Assembly (NCBI RefSeq): GCF_011386835.1
Contig: NC_088807.1
Coordinates: 26,350,001 to 26,414,000, forward strand
Direction of reading: 5' to 3'
Length of the DNA: 64,000 nucleotides
Source of the DNA: Chrysemys picta bellii
Lineage: Eukaryota
Shown in pieces: positions 1 through 10,299 of this stretch (its first letter is position 1; each line of letters begins with the position of its first letter). The notes beneath the pieces are model-generated. The model did no database searches and was not told where the DNA came from. It worked only from the letters and a program-made list of their open reading frames with translations. The translations under genes and the position numbers were made by a program.

Positions 1-2
1 CT

Positions 3-812
3 TTTCCCCTTGTCCCAGGCCTTCCTCCCCCTCTGACAGGGGTCACAGGATCCGCAGTACTGTCGGACAGTAACAAAGACCCCAGGCCAGTAAAAGCTCC
101 GTAGCAGCCTCTGCTGGGTACGCCAGGTTCCCTGGTGCCCTGAGAGGGGAATGTCATGGGCCCGGCACAGCAGCTGGCGGCGATACTTCTGGGGTACCAC
201 CAGCTGCCTCCTGATCCCCCCTGACTCCATTTTCCCTGGGGGAGCCCATTCTCGGTACAGGAACCCCTTCTCCCACAGGAACCTTTTCCGGCCACCTCGT
301 TCCATGGTCTGTACCGCATTGAGGTCGGCCAGGTCCCTTATCTTCCGCAAGGAGGGGTCTCTCTGTAACTCGGCCTGGAACTCAGCAGCTGGGACAGGGA
401 TGGCCACCTGCTCTTTCTCGCCCGCTGGGTCCGAAGCTGCAGCCTCCCTGAGCCGCGTCCCTGGGCGTTCCCTCCCCACCAGGTTAGGGTCCTGCGCCTC
501 AGGCAAGGCACCCCCCCCAAGGCCAGGGCGCAGGGCCCCTCGCCGGCTCTGACTGCGGGTCACAACCAGTGCCTTTTGGGGGTTGCTTGGCCAGTTCTCC
601 AGGTCCCCCCCCATCAATACCTCAGTGGGCAGATACGGGTGTACCCCCACATCCTTGGGGCCCTCCTTGGCCCCCCACTTCAGGTGTACCCTTGCCACGG
701 GCACTTTGACTGGTGTTCCGCCCACCCCCGTCAGGGTCAGGTAGGAGTTGGGCACCACCTGATCTGGGGCCACCACCTCGGGCCGGGCCAGCGTCACCTC
801 TGCGCCCGTATC
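3..812 (-). CDS. Retrotransposon Pol segment: aspartic protease and integrase zinc-binding domain, in frame with gag behind one TGA
   Basis: Manual translation: DTGAEVTLARPEVV...LPTEVLMGGDL...QLVVPQKYRRQLLCRAHDIPLSGHQGTWRTQQRLLRSFYWPGVFVTVRQYCGSCDPCQR, with no stop in this frame from 812 to 3. Confidence 0.85.
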
Positions 813-2441
813 TCAGTATCCATTGACCTTCCTCCCATCCACCTCCAGGGGAACAAGGTACTCTCTCCGGAGGGACAGCCCCGCGCCCACCGTATAAACC
901 AAAAACCCTGAGTCTGGGGCATCCAGCCCCCTAGAGGAGCTGGCCTGGGGCCCTTCTCTCTCTTGAGCAGTTGATAAGCTGCCAGCCCCTCTTGCGTGAG
1001 AAGCCTGCCCCTCGTCCGTCTGGGCCTCTACCAAGTTAACCCTATGCGGGTTCGGTCTGCTCAGTCTGTCCTTGAGCTTGGGGCACTGGGCCCGAACGTG
1101 GCCTCTTCGGCCGCAGTAATAGCAGCTCATGTCCTGTGGGTCCCCTCGAGCCGGTCGGTTGTCCCTGATGCTGGGCATTTCCCGGGGGAGGGGATTCCCA
1201 ATATTCCCCCTTTGGGAGGTCCCAGGGTGACTCTCTCTCTGCATCGCGGCGGGCCTGTTCCTTTGGGGCTCCTCCCTGCCACCCCCTGACCGGCTCTTTA
1301 CAAACTCATCAGCCAGCTGCCCGGCGTGTCGCGGGTTCTCTGGCTTTCTGTCCACCAACCACAGCCTCAGGTCGGATGGGCACCGCTCATACAGTTGCTC
1401 CAGTACCAGCAGTTTAATCAGGTCCTCCTTCGTCTGGGCCCCACCAGCCCACTTGCTGGCGTATCTTTCCATGCGGACGGCTAGTTGCAGATATGAGATC
1501 TCAGGGGTTTTATCTTGACTCCGGAACCTTCCCCGGTACATCTCAGGAGTCAGCCCAAACTCACGTAGCAGGGCCTTTTTGAATAGTTCGTAGTCCCCTT
1601 TCTCTGCCTCTCCCAGTTGGCGGTACAAGGCCACGGCTTTGGGGTCCAGTAAGGGGGTAAGGACCCGGAGTCTGTCCGCGGGATCCACCCGGTGCAGCTC
1701 GCAGGCCGTCTCAAAGGCCTCCAGGAAGTCATCCATGTCCTCCCCCTCCTTGTATGGGGCCATGATGCACTTATCAAAGCTCCGTGCAGTCCTGGGTCCC
1801 CCCTCACTCACCGCAGCCGGGGGTTCGCTGCCCCTCAGTCTCGCCAGTTCCAGTTCATGCTGACGCTGTCTCTCATTCTCCTCCCGTTCACGCTGATGCT
1901 GTCTCTCTTTCTCCTCCCGTTCACGCTGATGCTGTCTCTCATTCTCCTCCCGTTCATGCTGTCTCTGTCTCTCTTCACGCTGATGCTGTCTCTCTTCATG
2001 CTGTCTCTGTTGTTCACGATCCTCCAGCTCCCTCAGTTTTAGCTCTTTCTCCCATTCCAGCCAATTCCGCTCCCCGGATGCCGAACGTCGCCGGGAGGCT
2101 CCTCTGCTGGCCGGCGGGCTTCGCCGGGGGGACCCCCTGCTGGCCGGGGGGGTCACGGCGCCTTCGGTATTTGCTGGGCTCCTCCCCACCCTTCCCCTAG
2201 GCATAGGAAGGAGGGGTCTCGGGAAGCCCTCAGCAGCCGGCTGACCACTCCCAGCTGGGACAGACACTGGTGCCTGCGCTGCATTTGCCAGGCTGCTTCC
2301 CTGAGACACAGGGATCAGTTCATTCGCGCGATCTTCCGCCTCCAGCTGGGCGATGAGCTGTTCTTTGGTGAGCCTCCCAATGCGCAGCCGCCTCTGCTTG
2401 CACAGCTCCACCAGGTCGCTCTTAAGCCGCTTGGCATACAT
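813..2441 (-). CDS. Retrotransposon Gag (coiled coil, capsid/SCAN-like, zinc knuckle) running into the start of the protease
   Basis: ORF 813..2456; first ATG at 2439-2441; ends at TGA 813-815 after REYLVPLEVDGRKVNGY. Confidence 0.85.
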   Translation of the reverse strand: MYAKRLKSDLVELCKQRRLRIGRLTKEQLIAQLEAEDRANELIPVSQGSSLANAAQAPVSVPAGSGQPAAEGFPRPLLPMPRGRVGRSPANTEGAVTPPASRGSPRRSPPASRGASRRRSASGERNWLEWEKELKLRELEDREQQRQHEERQHQREERQRQHEREENERQHQREREEKERQHQREREENERQRQHELELARLRGSEPPAAVSEGGPRTARSFDKCIMAPYKEGEDMDDFLEAFETACELHRVDPADRLRVLTPLLDPKAVALYRQLGEAEKGDYELFKKALLREFGLTPEMYRGRFRSQDKTPEISYLQLAVRMERYASKWAGGAQTKEDLIKLLVLEQLYERCPSDLRLWLVDRKPENPRHAGQLADEFVKSRSGGGREEPQRNRPAAMQRESHPGTSQRGNIGNPLPREMPSIRDNRPARGDPQDMSCYYCGRRGHVRAQCPKLKDRLSRPNPHRVNLVEAQTDEGQASHARGAGSLSTAQEREGPQASSSRGLDAPDSGFLVYTVGAGLSLRREYLVPLEVDGRKVNGY

Positions 2442-2760
2442 CTTCCTGCTGGCCACTCACCGGCCTGTGTGCTCACAGCTCCCCACAGTTCCCAGGGGGA
2501 CCCCTAGTGTGCCAGCCCTTCTCGAGGTCACCACCTCTCTGCCAGGGTCGAGCTGCAGACTCCTCCGCCCCTGGGACCACTCGCTGCGATCCCACGGGGG
2601 ACCCTGTTACTGCAAAAGTCCTTCTCGCTGGTCACACACTCCCAGGGGTAATAACCGTCTCTCTCCCACTCTTCAGCAGGCCTGGTCCCCGTCAATCCCC
2701 CTTCGTTTTACTGCTCCCCAGTCACTTACTGCAGGAAGCGCCGTCCACGGGGTGCAGTAG

Positions 2761-2778
2761 ATCCCACCGCTGCCACCA
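2761..2778 (-). promoter_or_regulatory. Primer-binding site complementary to the 3' end of tRNA-Leu (AAG/TAG type)
   Basis: Minus strand TGGTGGCAGCGGTGGGAT, 2 nt after the LTR end; it is the reverse complement of the vertebrate tRNA-Leu 3' end ...ATCCCACCGCTGCCACCA. Confidence 0.85.
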
Positions 2779-2780
2779 GT

Positions 2781-3252
2781 TGTCACGGAGTATTGGGGAA
2801 CTCAGGGCCCTGCACCCCCGGCTTCCTGCGATTCACCATGACTCTCAGCCAGCCAGTAAAGCAGAAGGTTTATTTGGATGACAGGAATACAGTCCAAGAC
2901 AGGTCTTGCAGGCACAGACAACAGGGCCCCCCTCAGTTAGGTCCAGCTTGGGGTCCCAGGGCATGCCAGCCCACCCCCTTGGGGGGTCAGAGCCATCTCT
3001 GCCTCCCAGCCATCTCTCCAGCCTCCTTCCAGCCTGCTTCCAGCACTCTGCCCTCAGCGACCCCTCCCACAGCCTTTGTTCAGTTTCCCGGGCCCCGGAG
3101 TCATCTGACCTCCAACCCCCTCCTGGGTTCTCATGTTACAAGCTCAGGTATGTTCCCTTGGGCCGGCTCCCATCCCCCGATGCAGACCATCCTAGTCACA
3201 CTCCCCTGTCAGCATTCACACACCCCAGCAAGAACAGTCCCAGTTCGTCACA
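2781..3252 (-). mobile_element. 5' LTR (472 bp)
   Basis: Minus strand begins TGTGACG and ends GTGACA; AATAAA on the minus strand near 2870; followed by the PBS; right border cuts the CR1 reading frame. Confidence 0.85.
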
Positions 3253-3931
3253 GTTGGATAGTCTGTGCCCCGCTGTGTTATTTTCCCAACATATATCCGG
3301 ATAGTTGAAGTCCCCCATCACCACCAAATCTTGGGCTTTGGATGATTTTGTTAGTTGTTTAAAACAAGCCTCATCCACCTCTTCCACCTGATTAGGTGGC
3401 CTGTAGTAGACTCCTAGCATGACATCTCCCTTGTTTTTTACCCCTTTTAGCCTAACCCAGAGACTCTCAACACTTCCGTCTCCTATGTCCATCTCTACCT
3501 CAGTCCAAGTGTGTACATTTTTAATGTACAAGGCAACACCTCCTCCCTTTTTCCGCTGTCTATCCTTCCTGAGCAAGCTGTACCCATCCACACCAACATT
3601 CCAATCATGTGTATTATCCCACCAAGTTTCAGTGATGCCAACAATGTCATAGTTGTATTTATTTATTAGCACTTCCAGTTCTTCCTGCTTATTCCCCATA
3701 CTTCTCGCATTTGTATATAGACATCTAAGATACTGGTTTGATCTTTCCTCCCAGTTTTGTCCTGACCCTCCTTTCCCTCTGACAATATAGCCCACACTCC
3801 CTCTCGTTTCTGACCCATCTCCCCGGTCTCCATGTTCCCCACTTACCTGTGGGCTTTGCTCACCTGTCTCCGTCGAACCTAGTTTAAAGCCCTCCTCACT
3901 AGGTTAGCCAGTCTGTGTCCAAATAGGGTCT
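3253..3931 (-). mobile_element. CR1 LINE fragment (end of ORF1 and ORF2 APE endonuclease), interrupted by the LTR element
   Basis: [19 protein letters not shown]...VGITETWWD...KGGGVALY...GVYYRPP...[12 protein letters not shown]; ORF1 end [16 protein letters not shown]. Confidence 0.92.
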
Positions 3932-4218
3932 AGGTGTTGCCCCCCCAAGTGAAGTCACCCTGAGATCCCCCCAGCCAGCACCGATGCAGAGAGTGCCCGT
4001 AACACTCCCCCTCCCTGCTCCGTCACAGGGGGCGATGGGGGGGCCATGGCGGAAAAGAGCTGGGGTGGGAGGGGTGGGGGCGGAGGAGACCAGGGTGATG
4101 CTTGTGGGGGGCCGTGGGGGGCTGGGGGTGACTTGTTGGAGGTCTGAGGGGGAGGGGGAGCAGGTCAGGGGCTGGGGCCATGGGGGGGTCCTGGTCCCAT
4201 CCCCCCTTCTCCCCCCAG

Positions 4219-6947
4219 GTGAATCCCAACAGCATCGCCGCCAAGGACGGACGCATCCGAGAGGGCGACCGCATTGTCCAGGTGGGGGGGCCGGGGGGGG
4301 CTGGGGGCACAGAGGGCTGAAGGAGGCTGGGGGACAGGGGACTGGGGGTGCAGAGGGCTCAGGGGGGATGGGGGACTGGGGACTGGGGTGCAGAGGGTTC
4401 AGGGGGGCTGGGAGACGAGGGTGGACGGGGGACTGGGGGTGCAGAGGGTTCATGGGGGCTGGGAGACGAGGGTGGACGGGGGACTGGGGGTGCAGAGGGT
4501 TCACGGGGGCTGGGAGACGAGGGTGGATGGGGGACTGGGGGTGCAGAGGGTTCAGGGGGCCTGGGGGGGATGGGGGATGGGAGACTGGGGGTGCAGAGGG
4601 TTAAGGGGGCCTGGGGGGGATGGGGGATGGGGGACTGTGGGTGCAGAGGGCTCAGGGGGGCTGGGAGACGAGGGGGGACGGGGGACTGGGGGTGCAGAGG
4701 GTTCAGGGGGCCTGGGGGATGAGGGGGGACGGGGGACTGGGGGTGCAGAGGGCTCAGGGGGGATGGGGGATGATGGGAGACTGGGGGTGCAGAGGGCTCA
4801 GGGGGGCTGGAGGACGGGGGCTGACTCGGCCCCCGGCCCCCCCAGATTAACGGTGTGCAGGTCCAGGACCGCGAGGAAGCCGTCGCCATCCTGACCCAGG
4901 AGCAACAAACGAACATCTCGCTGCTGCTGGCCAGGCCCGAGACCGAGGTGATGGACGCCCCCACGGGGTGGTTGGGGGGAACTGGGGGGTGGAAGTTGGG
5001 GGGCTGGGAGGATGTGGGAGGCAGGGGGGTATTTGGGGGTCCGAGAGGCAGGAATGGGGGGTGGGGGCACAGGGTGGGTTGGGGGCTGACCCTTCCCCAG
5101 TGGGGGGATTGGGGGGCCTGCCTGGGACGGATGCGGGGGGGCTATGACTGGTGGGGGGGGCTGCAGTTTCACCCTCCGCTGCCCCCATCGCCCGTCCCCC
5201 CCCAGCTCTCCCGGCGCTGGAAGGACAGTGACCGTGACGATTTCCTGGACGACTTCGGCTCCGAGCACGAACGCGAAATGAGACCCCGAGCGACCCCTGG
5301 GCAGCAGGTGAGGGGCGCCGTGGGGCGGGGGGCTGGGCAGGGGGCGCTGTGGGGAGGGGGCTGGGCAGTGGGAGTCATGAGTGGGGGTTTGGCAGGGGGC
5401 TGGGCGGAGGGGCTCTCCCCTGGCAGTCAGGACCCGCTGCCCCTCGGAGGGTGGGGAACCAGGGGGCTGGGCAGGGGGAGCCATGGGGAGGGGGCTCAGC
5501 AGGGATGCCAGGGGGCGGGGAACCGGGGGGCTGGGCAGGGGGAGCCGGGGGGCAGGGGGCTCGGCGGGGGTGCCGGGGAACGGGGAACCGGGGGGCTGGA
5601 CCAGGGATGCTGGGGGGCGGGGAACTGGGGGGCTGGGGAAGGGAAGCCAGGGGGCGGGGGGCTGGGCAGGGGGCTCGGCAGGATGCTGGGGGCCGGGTTG
5701 CGTCTGAATTAAAGTCAGCTTCACCTCAATCTCCCCCATCTCTGCCCCCCCAGCCTGCCGCGGCCCCCGCCCCGCCCAGCGCCGGCCCCCCGCTGCCCCC
5801 CAGCCAGGAGCTGGACAGCGGGGTGGGCCGGACGGACGAGAGCACCCGGAACGAGGAGAGCTCGGAGCACGACCTGCTGGGGGACGAGCCCCCCAGCTCG
5901 GCCGGCACCCCGGCCCCCCAGCGTCGCCCGGCCCCGCTGCAGGCCCGGGACTTCCACTTCAGCCTGGACTCGCTGCTGCCCGCGCCCGAGGTGCCGGGGC
6001 TGACGGACGCCGAGTCCGAGCGGTACCGGGAGCTGCTGGAGCTGCGGGGGCACCTGGCCAACGGGAACGGCCCCGGCGCCCTGCGGCCCGGCCTGGACCT
6101 CGACCTCAACCGCAACCGCGCGGCGCTGCTGGAGGAGGAGCTGCGGCACCTGCAGTTCAAATGCCGCAACATCCTTCGGGCGCAGAAGATGCAGCGGCTG
6201 CGCGAGCGCTGCCTCAAGGCCTGGCTGCTGGAGGAGGAGGGGGGGCCCCCCCCGGCCGGCGAGGGGCCCCCCCCGGCCCCGCTGGCCGACATCACCGAGG
6301 TGCCCGAGCGCTCGGAGAAGGACAGCACCAGCGCCTACAACACGGGCGAGAGCTGCCGGAGCACCCCGCTGCTGGAGAGCCCCGGCCCGCGCCCCGACCC
6401 CCCGCCCAAGCCGGGCCGGCTCCGGCGCCCCCGGGAGGGCAGCCCCGGGCTGGCGCGCCGGGCGCGGGACGAGAGCCCGGCGCCCGGCGGGCTGGCGGGC
6501 GGCGCCCGGGCGGAGTGGAAGGGGAAGGCGCGGGGCGAGGGCACCCGGCGCCCGGGCCGGGACCGGCTGCTCAAGGCGCGGGCGCTGAAGATCCGGGAGG
6601 AGCGGAGCGGCATGACCACGGACGACGACGCCGTCAGCGAGATGAAGATGGGCCGGTACTGGAGCAAGGAGGAGCGCAAGCAGCAGCTGCTGCGGGCCCG
6701 GGAGCAGCGCCGGCGCCGGGAACTCATGCTGCAGAGCCGGCTCGACTGGCAGCGGGAGGCGGGGGGGGCCCCGGGGGCCCCCGACCAGCTCACCATCCTG
6801 GCCCTCAGCCACCGCAAGAGCCTCAAGAAACGCAGCCGGCGCATCCTAGACAATTGGATCACGATCCAGGAGATGCTGGCGCACGGCGCCCGCTCGGCTG
6901 ACGGGCACCGGGTCTACAACCCGCTGCTGTCCGTCACCACCGTCTGA
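4219..6947 (+). CDS. PDZD4: PDZ domain-containing protein 4, copy 1, last four coding exons: 4219-4281, 4846-4947, 5206-5307, 5754-6947
   Basis: GT-AG exons encode [84 protein letters not shown]...[12 protein letters not shown]. Upstream exons lie outside the window. Confidence 0.93.
4300..4810 (+). repeat. G-rich ~50-bp intronic minisatellite in PDZD4
   Basis: Tandem GGGGACTGGGGGTGCAGAGGGTTCAGGGGGGCTGGGAGACGAGGGTGGACG variants. Confidence 0.85.
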
Positions 6948-7942
6948 GCGGGCGGGGCCAGGCCTGCAGACTCGCTTTCTCCCCCATGTGCCAGGATTTG
7001 GGGGTGAGCCTACCTCCCCCACGTCGCCACCATCGGAGGACCCGGGGCCCCCCACTTTTCCAGGGCTGGGGGAGCCCCCATCCCGACAGAGCAGGAAAGA
7101 GGGGGGCCCCTGGTGCTGCTCCTGGACATGCCTGGCTGCAGAGACAATGGGGAGATTTGGGGAGTCCCCCAATGCTGCTCCAGCCCCCCCTGCCCTACAG
7201 GGACCCCCCAGGATCGGAACCGGGGGCGTGAAGCACAAAGACACTCAGTCAGGCGCGGGGAGGAGGGGGGGACAAAGGCCCCTCCCAGATGCTCCCCCCC
7301 AGGGTGGTTTTTATGTCGTGTCTGTGATTCGTGTCTGGTCAGTTCATCGTTTGTCTGAGTCTGGCAGGGGAGACACCTGCCCCCCTCCCCCCCCCCCCAG
7401 CAGATCCCGAGACCCCCACTTCCCCCTGAACCCCCAGATCCCACTGCCCCCGAGCCCCACACTTCCCCCTGATCCCTCCGAACCCCTGATCCCACTGCAC
7501 CCCACTGTCCCCTCCCCCCAGCAGATTCCAAGCCCCCCCTTCCCCCTGAACCCAGATCCCACTGCTACCAAGCCCCCCACTGGCCCCCACCCCCCAGCAG
7601 ATCCTGCCACCCCTGAGCCCCCCACTTCCCCCTCCTCCCCCCAGCAGATCCCACTGCCCCCGAGCCCCCCACTGCCCCCCAAACACCAGCCCTCCCACTT
7701 CCCTCCCAGAGCGGGGAGAGAACCCAGGAGTCCTGGCTCCCAGCCCCCCCTGCTGTGACCCACCAGCCCCCACTCCCCTCCCAGAGCCGGGAGAGAACCC
7801 AGGAGTCCTGGCTCCCAGCCCCCCCTGCTCTGACCCACCATCCCCCGTCCCGCCCCGATCTGTGATGTCTGTGTGCACAGCTGCCGGAGCGGGGGCAGGG
7901 TCTGCCGGACGCCTGGGTCCGGAGCCGAATCTGCCTGGTCAG

Positions 7943-7948
7943 AATAAA
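7943..7948 (+). terminator. Probable PDZD4 poly(A) signal (copy 2 at 38439-38444)
   Basis: AATAAA followed by a T-rich tract, about 1 kb after the stop; identical in both copies. Confidence 0.6.
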
Positions 7949-8690
7949 GCAAAACCTTTTTACTCCTTTCAGGCGGCTGCGTCCGGAGCCTTTTCTGTCC
8001 GCGAACCCCGCCCCCCCCCCCGCCTGGGCCCGGGACCCAGAAGCTGGGCTGCCCCCCCCCCCCACACGGGAATGGCCCCCCAGGGGTCTCAGCTTCCAGC
8101 CCCCCCCCCCCACACTCTAACCACCAGATCCCACTCCCCTCCCCTCTCCTCCCCTCCCAGAGCCGGGGAGAGAACCCAGGAGTCCGGGCTCCCAGCCCTG
8201 CATTAGGGGTGGTGATTGTCTGGCTGGCTGGCTGGGGAGGGGGGGGGGGGCGAAAAACAAGGAAACAATTTTATGGTGATTCCGGCTGCCCAGTGAAGCT
8301 GCAACAGGAAATTCCAGCCCCCCAGGCGTTGCCCCCCACTCCCGCCCCGCGGCGCCCCCCACTCCCGACCCGCAGCTCCGCCGGCGCCCCTCGCTCCCGA
8401 CCCGCAGCCCCTGCTAGCCTGGTCCTGGGCTCCCCCCAGCTGTGACCACCAGCTCCCAGCCCCACCCCCCTCCCAGAGCCAGGAGAGAACCCAGGAGTCC
8501 GGGCTCCCGGCCTCTGCCCCAGTCCCTAGAAGTTGATACCATCTTCCTAGCATGAGTCCCCGACTAATGAGGCGTTGAATGACGTGCAAGAAACATTGGG
8601 GCGGGGGGGGGGGTGGCCTGGGGTGTGTGTGAATTCCTGGGCAGGGGGAAGCTGTTGTAACAGCCTTAAAGTCCCTAAATCTCCAGGGGT

Positions 8691-9250
8691 GGGAGCCAGG
8701 ACTCCTGGGTTCTCTCCCCGGCTCTGGGAGGGGAGTGGGGGCTGGTGGTTAGAGCAGGGGAGCTGGGAGCCAGGACTCCTGGGTTCTCTCCCCGGCTCTG
8801 GGAGGGGAGTGGGGGCTGGTGGGTTAGAGCAGGGGGGGCTGGGAGCCAGGACTCCTGGGTTCTCTCCCCCGGATCTGGGAGGGGAGGGGGGGCTGGTGGT
8901 TAGAGCAGCGGGGGCTGGGAGCCCGGACTCCTGGGTTCTCTCCCGGCACTGGGAGGGGAGTGGGGGCTGGTGGTTAGAGCAGGGGGGCTGGGAGCCTGGA
9001 CTCCTGGGTTCTCTCCCGGCGCTGGGAGGGGAGTGGGGGCTGGTGGTTAGAGCGGAGGGGGGGGAGCTGGGAGCCCGGACTCCTGGGTTCTCTCCCTGGC
9101 TCTGGGAGGGGAGTGGGGTCTGGTGGTTAGAGCGGGGGAGGGGCTGGGAGCCCGGACTCCTGGGTTCTCTTCCCGGCTCTGGGAGGGGAGAGGGGGCTGG
9201 TGGTTAGAGCAGGCGGGGCTGGGAGCCCGGACTCCTGGGTTCTGTCCCAG
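8691..9250 (+). repeat. ~75-bp tandem repeat of a MIR/tRNA-like SINE head
   Basis: Unit GGGAGGGGAGTGGGGGCTGGTGGTTAGAGCAGGGGGGGCTGGGAGCCAGGACTCCTGGGTTCTCTCCCCGGCTCT; matches the head of the complete MIR at 9770-9910. Confidence 0.85.
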
Positions 9251-9769
9251 CTCGGGGAAGGCAGGTCACCCCCCCCCCATCCTGCTGGGGGTCGGCATCC
9301 ACCAAGAACTTTATTTATTCTGGCTGGACTCCAGGACCTGCCTTCATTCTCTTACCCCGCGGGAGGGGGGGGGGGGGGTCAGCCACCTGCTGGTTTTAAG
9401 CCCCGCCCCAGCCCCCCCCCCCCATTACTCTGCCCGTCTCTCAGCAGAGCCCCGGCTCTCATCTCTGGGGGATCCTGCGCTTTCGCTTCCACCTCTCCAG
9501 GGAAGGAGGGGCTGGGAAAAGAACCCAGGAGATCGGGAGGGGGAGTCTCTGTGGCTGGGTTTATTCTGGGGGGGTCCCAGACCAACAGGGGGTGAACCCT
9601 GAAAGAAAACTCCACCCGCAGCTGGTGGGTGTCCTGCAAAAAGGTAAGTGCAGGGACCCTATTTATCAGTTTGGGGAGAACCCAGGCGTCCTGGCTCCCC
9701 CCCCCCCGGCTCCAACCCACCAGCCCCCTCCCAGAACTAGGGGTGCAGAGCTAGAAGGGGGGAGGAGAG

Positions 9770-9910
9770 GGGGTAGTGGTTAGAGCGGGGGAGGGGGGAC
9801 TGGGAGCCTGGACTCCTGGGTTTTCTCCCTGGGTCTATTACTGACTCACTGGGTGACCATGGCCAAGTTATTTGCCCTCCCTGTGCCTCAGTTTCCCCAC
9901 ATGAACGGGG
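9770..9910 (+). mobile_element. MIR/CORE-SINE (head plus core); copy 2 at about 41185-41328
   Basis: TAGTGGTTAGAGC...GGACTCCTGGGTT...GGGTGACCATGGCCAAGTTATTTGCCCTCCCTGTGCCTCAGTTTCCCCAC, the typical MIR head and core. Confidence 0.8.
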
Positions 9911-10299
9911 GTGTCTGGCCCTCCCAGGGGCGCTGGCCAGGGTCCCCTGCAGCTGCGCCTAGAAGGGTCCAGTCTGCGGGAACAGCCCCAGGCGCCGGCC
10001 CGGGTGAGGTTACCCTGTCAGGCCAGCGGGAGGGGACCTGGCCGCGTTGTGCGATGACACGGCAGGGTGTGACGGGGGCCCCGCGCTGGCCTTGGGCTGG
10101 TTGTGGTTGTGTTGCATTGGCCTGGTGACCTGCACTGCATTGTGTGTCGCGTCTGCAGTGTCACTGCCCTGAGCCTGCAGCGTTCGCTCGCCGGGCACCA
10201 GCGTGGCGCGGGCCACACTGGGCGCTTGTGTTGCCTCTTCCCCAGATTGTGTTGCTTGCTGGGGTCGAGCGGTGCATTGTGCGACTGCTTTGTGCCTCA

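Larger units (their letters stand above)
1..3252 (-). mobile_element. Ty3/Gypsy LTR retrotransposon, Gmr1-like clade (5' LTR, PBS, gag, protease, integrase N-terminus; continues left of the window)
   Basis: 5' LTR 2781-3252, PBS 2761-2778, gag with capsid/SCAN-like region and CCHC knuckle (CYYCGRRGHVRAQC), protease DTGA, then integrase HHCC (HDIPLSGHQG...CGSCDPC) in the same frame. Confidence 0.93.

Noticed and set aside
3196-3252. C-terminal [18 protein letters not shown] of the CR1 ORF as a novel fusion protein
   Set aside because: Chance read-through from the CR1 into the LTR; the CR1 is 5'-truncated and promoterless.
5721-6862. Long antisense ORFs over PDZD4, and similarly over AVPR2 and the copy 2 genes
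   Set aside because: Shadow ORFs expected from very high GC3 coding sequence; no recognisable domains.
8740-8750. GCTGGTGG (E. coli Chi) in most MIR-head units
   Set aside because: Arises from drift of the SINE A-box region (CTAGTGG to CTGGTGG); Chi/RecBCD has no vertebrate counterpart.
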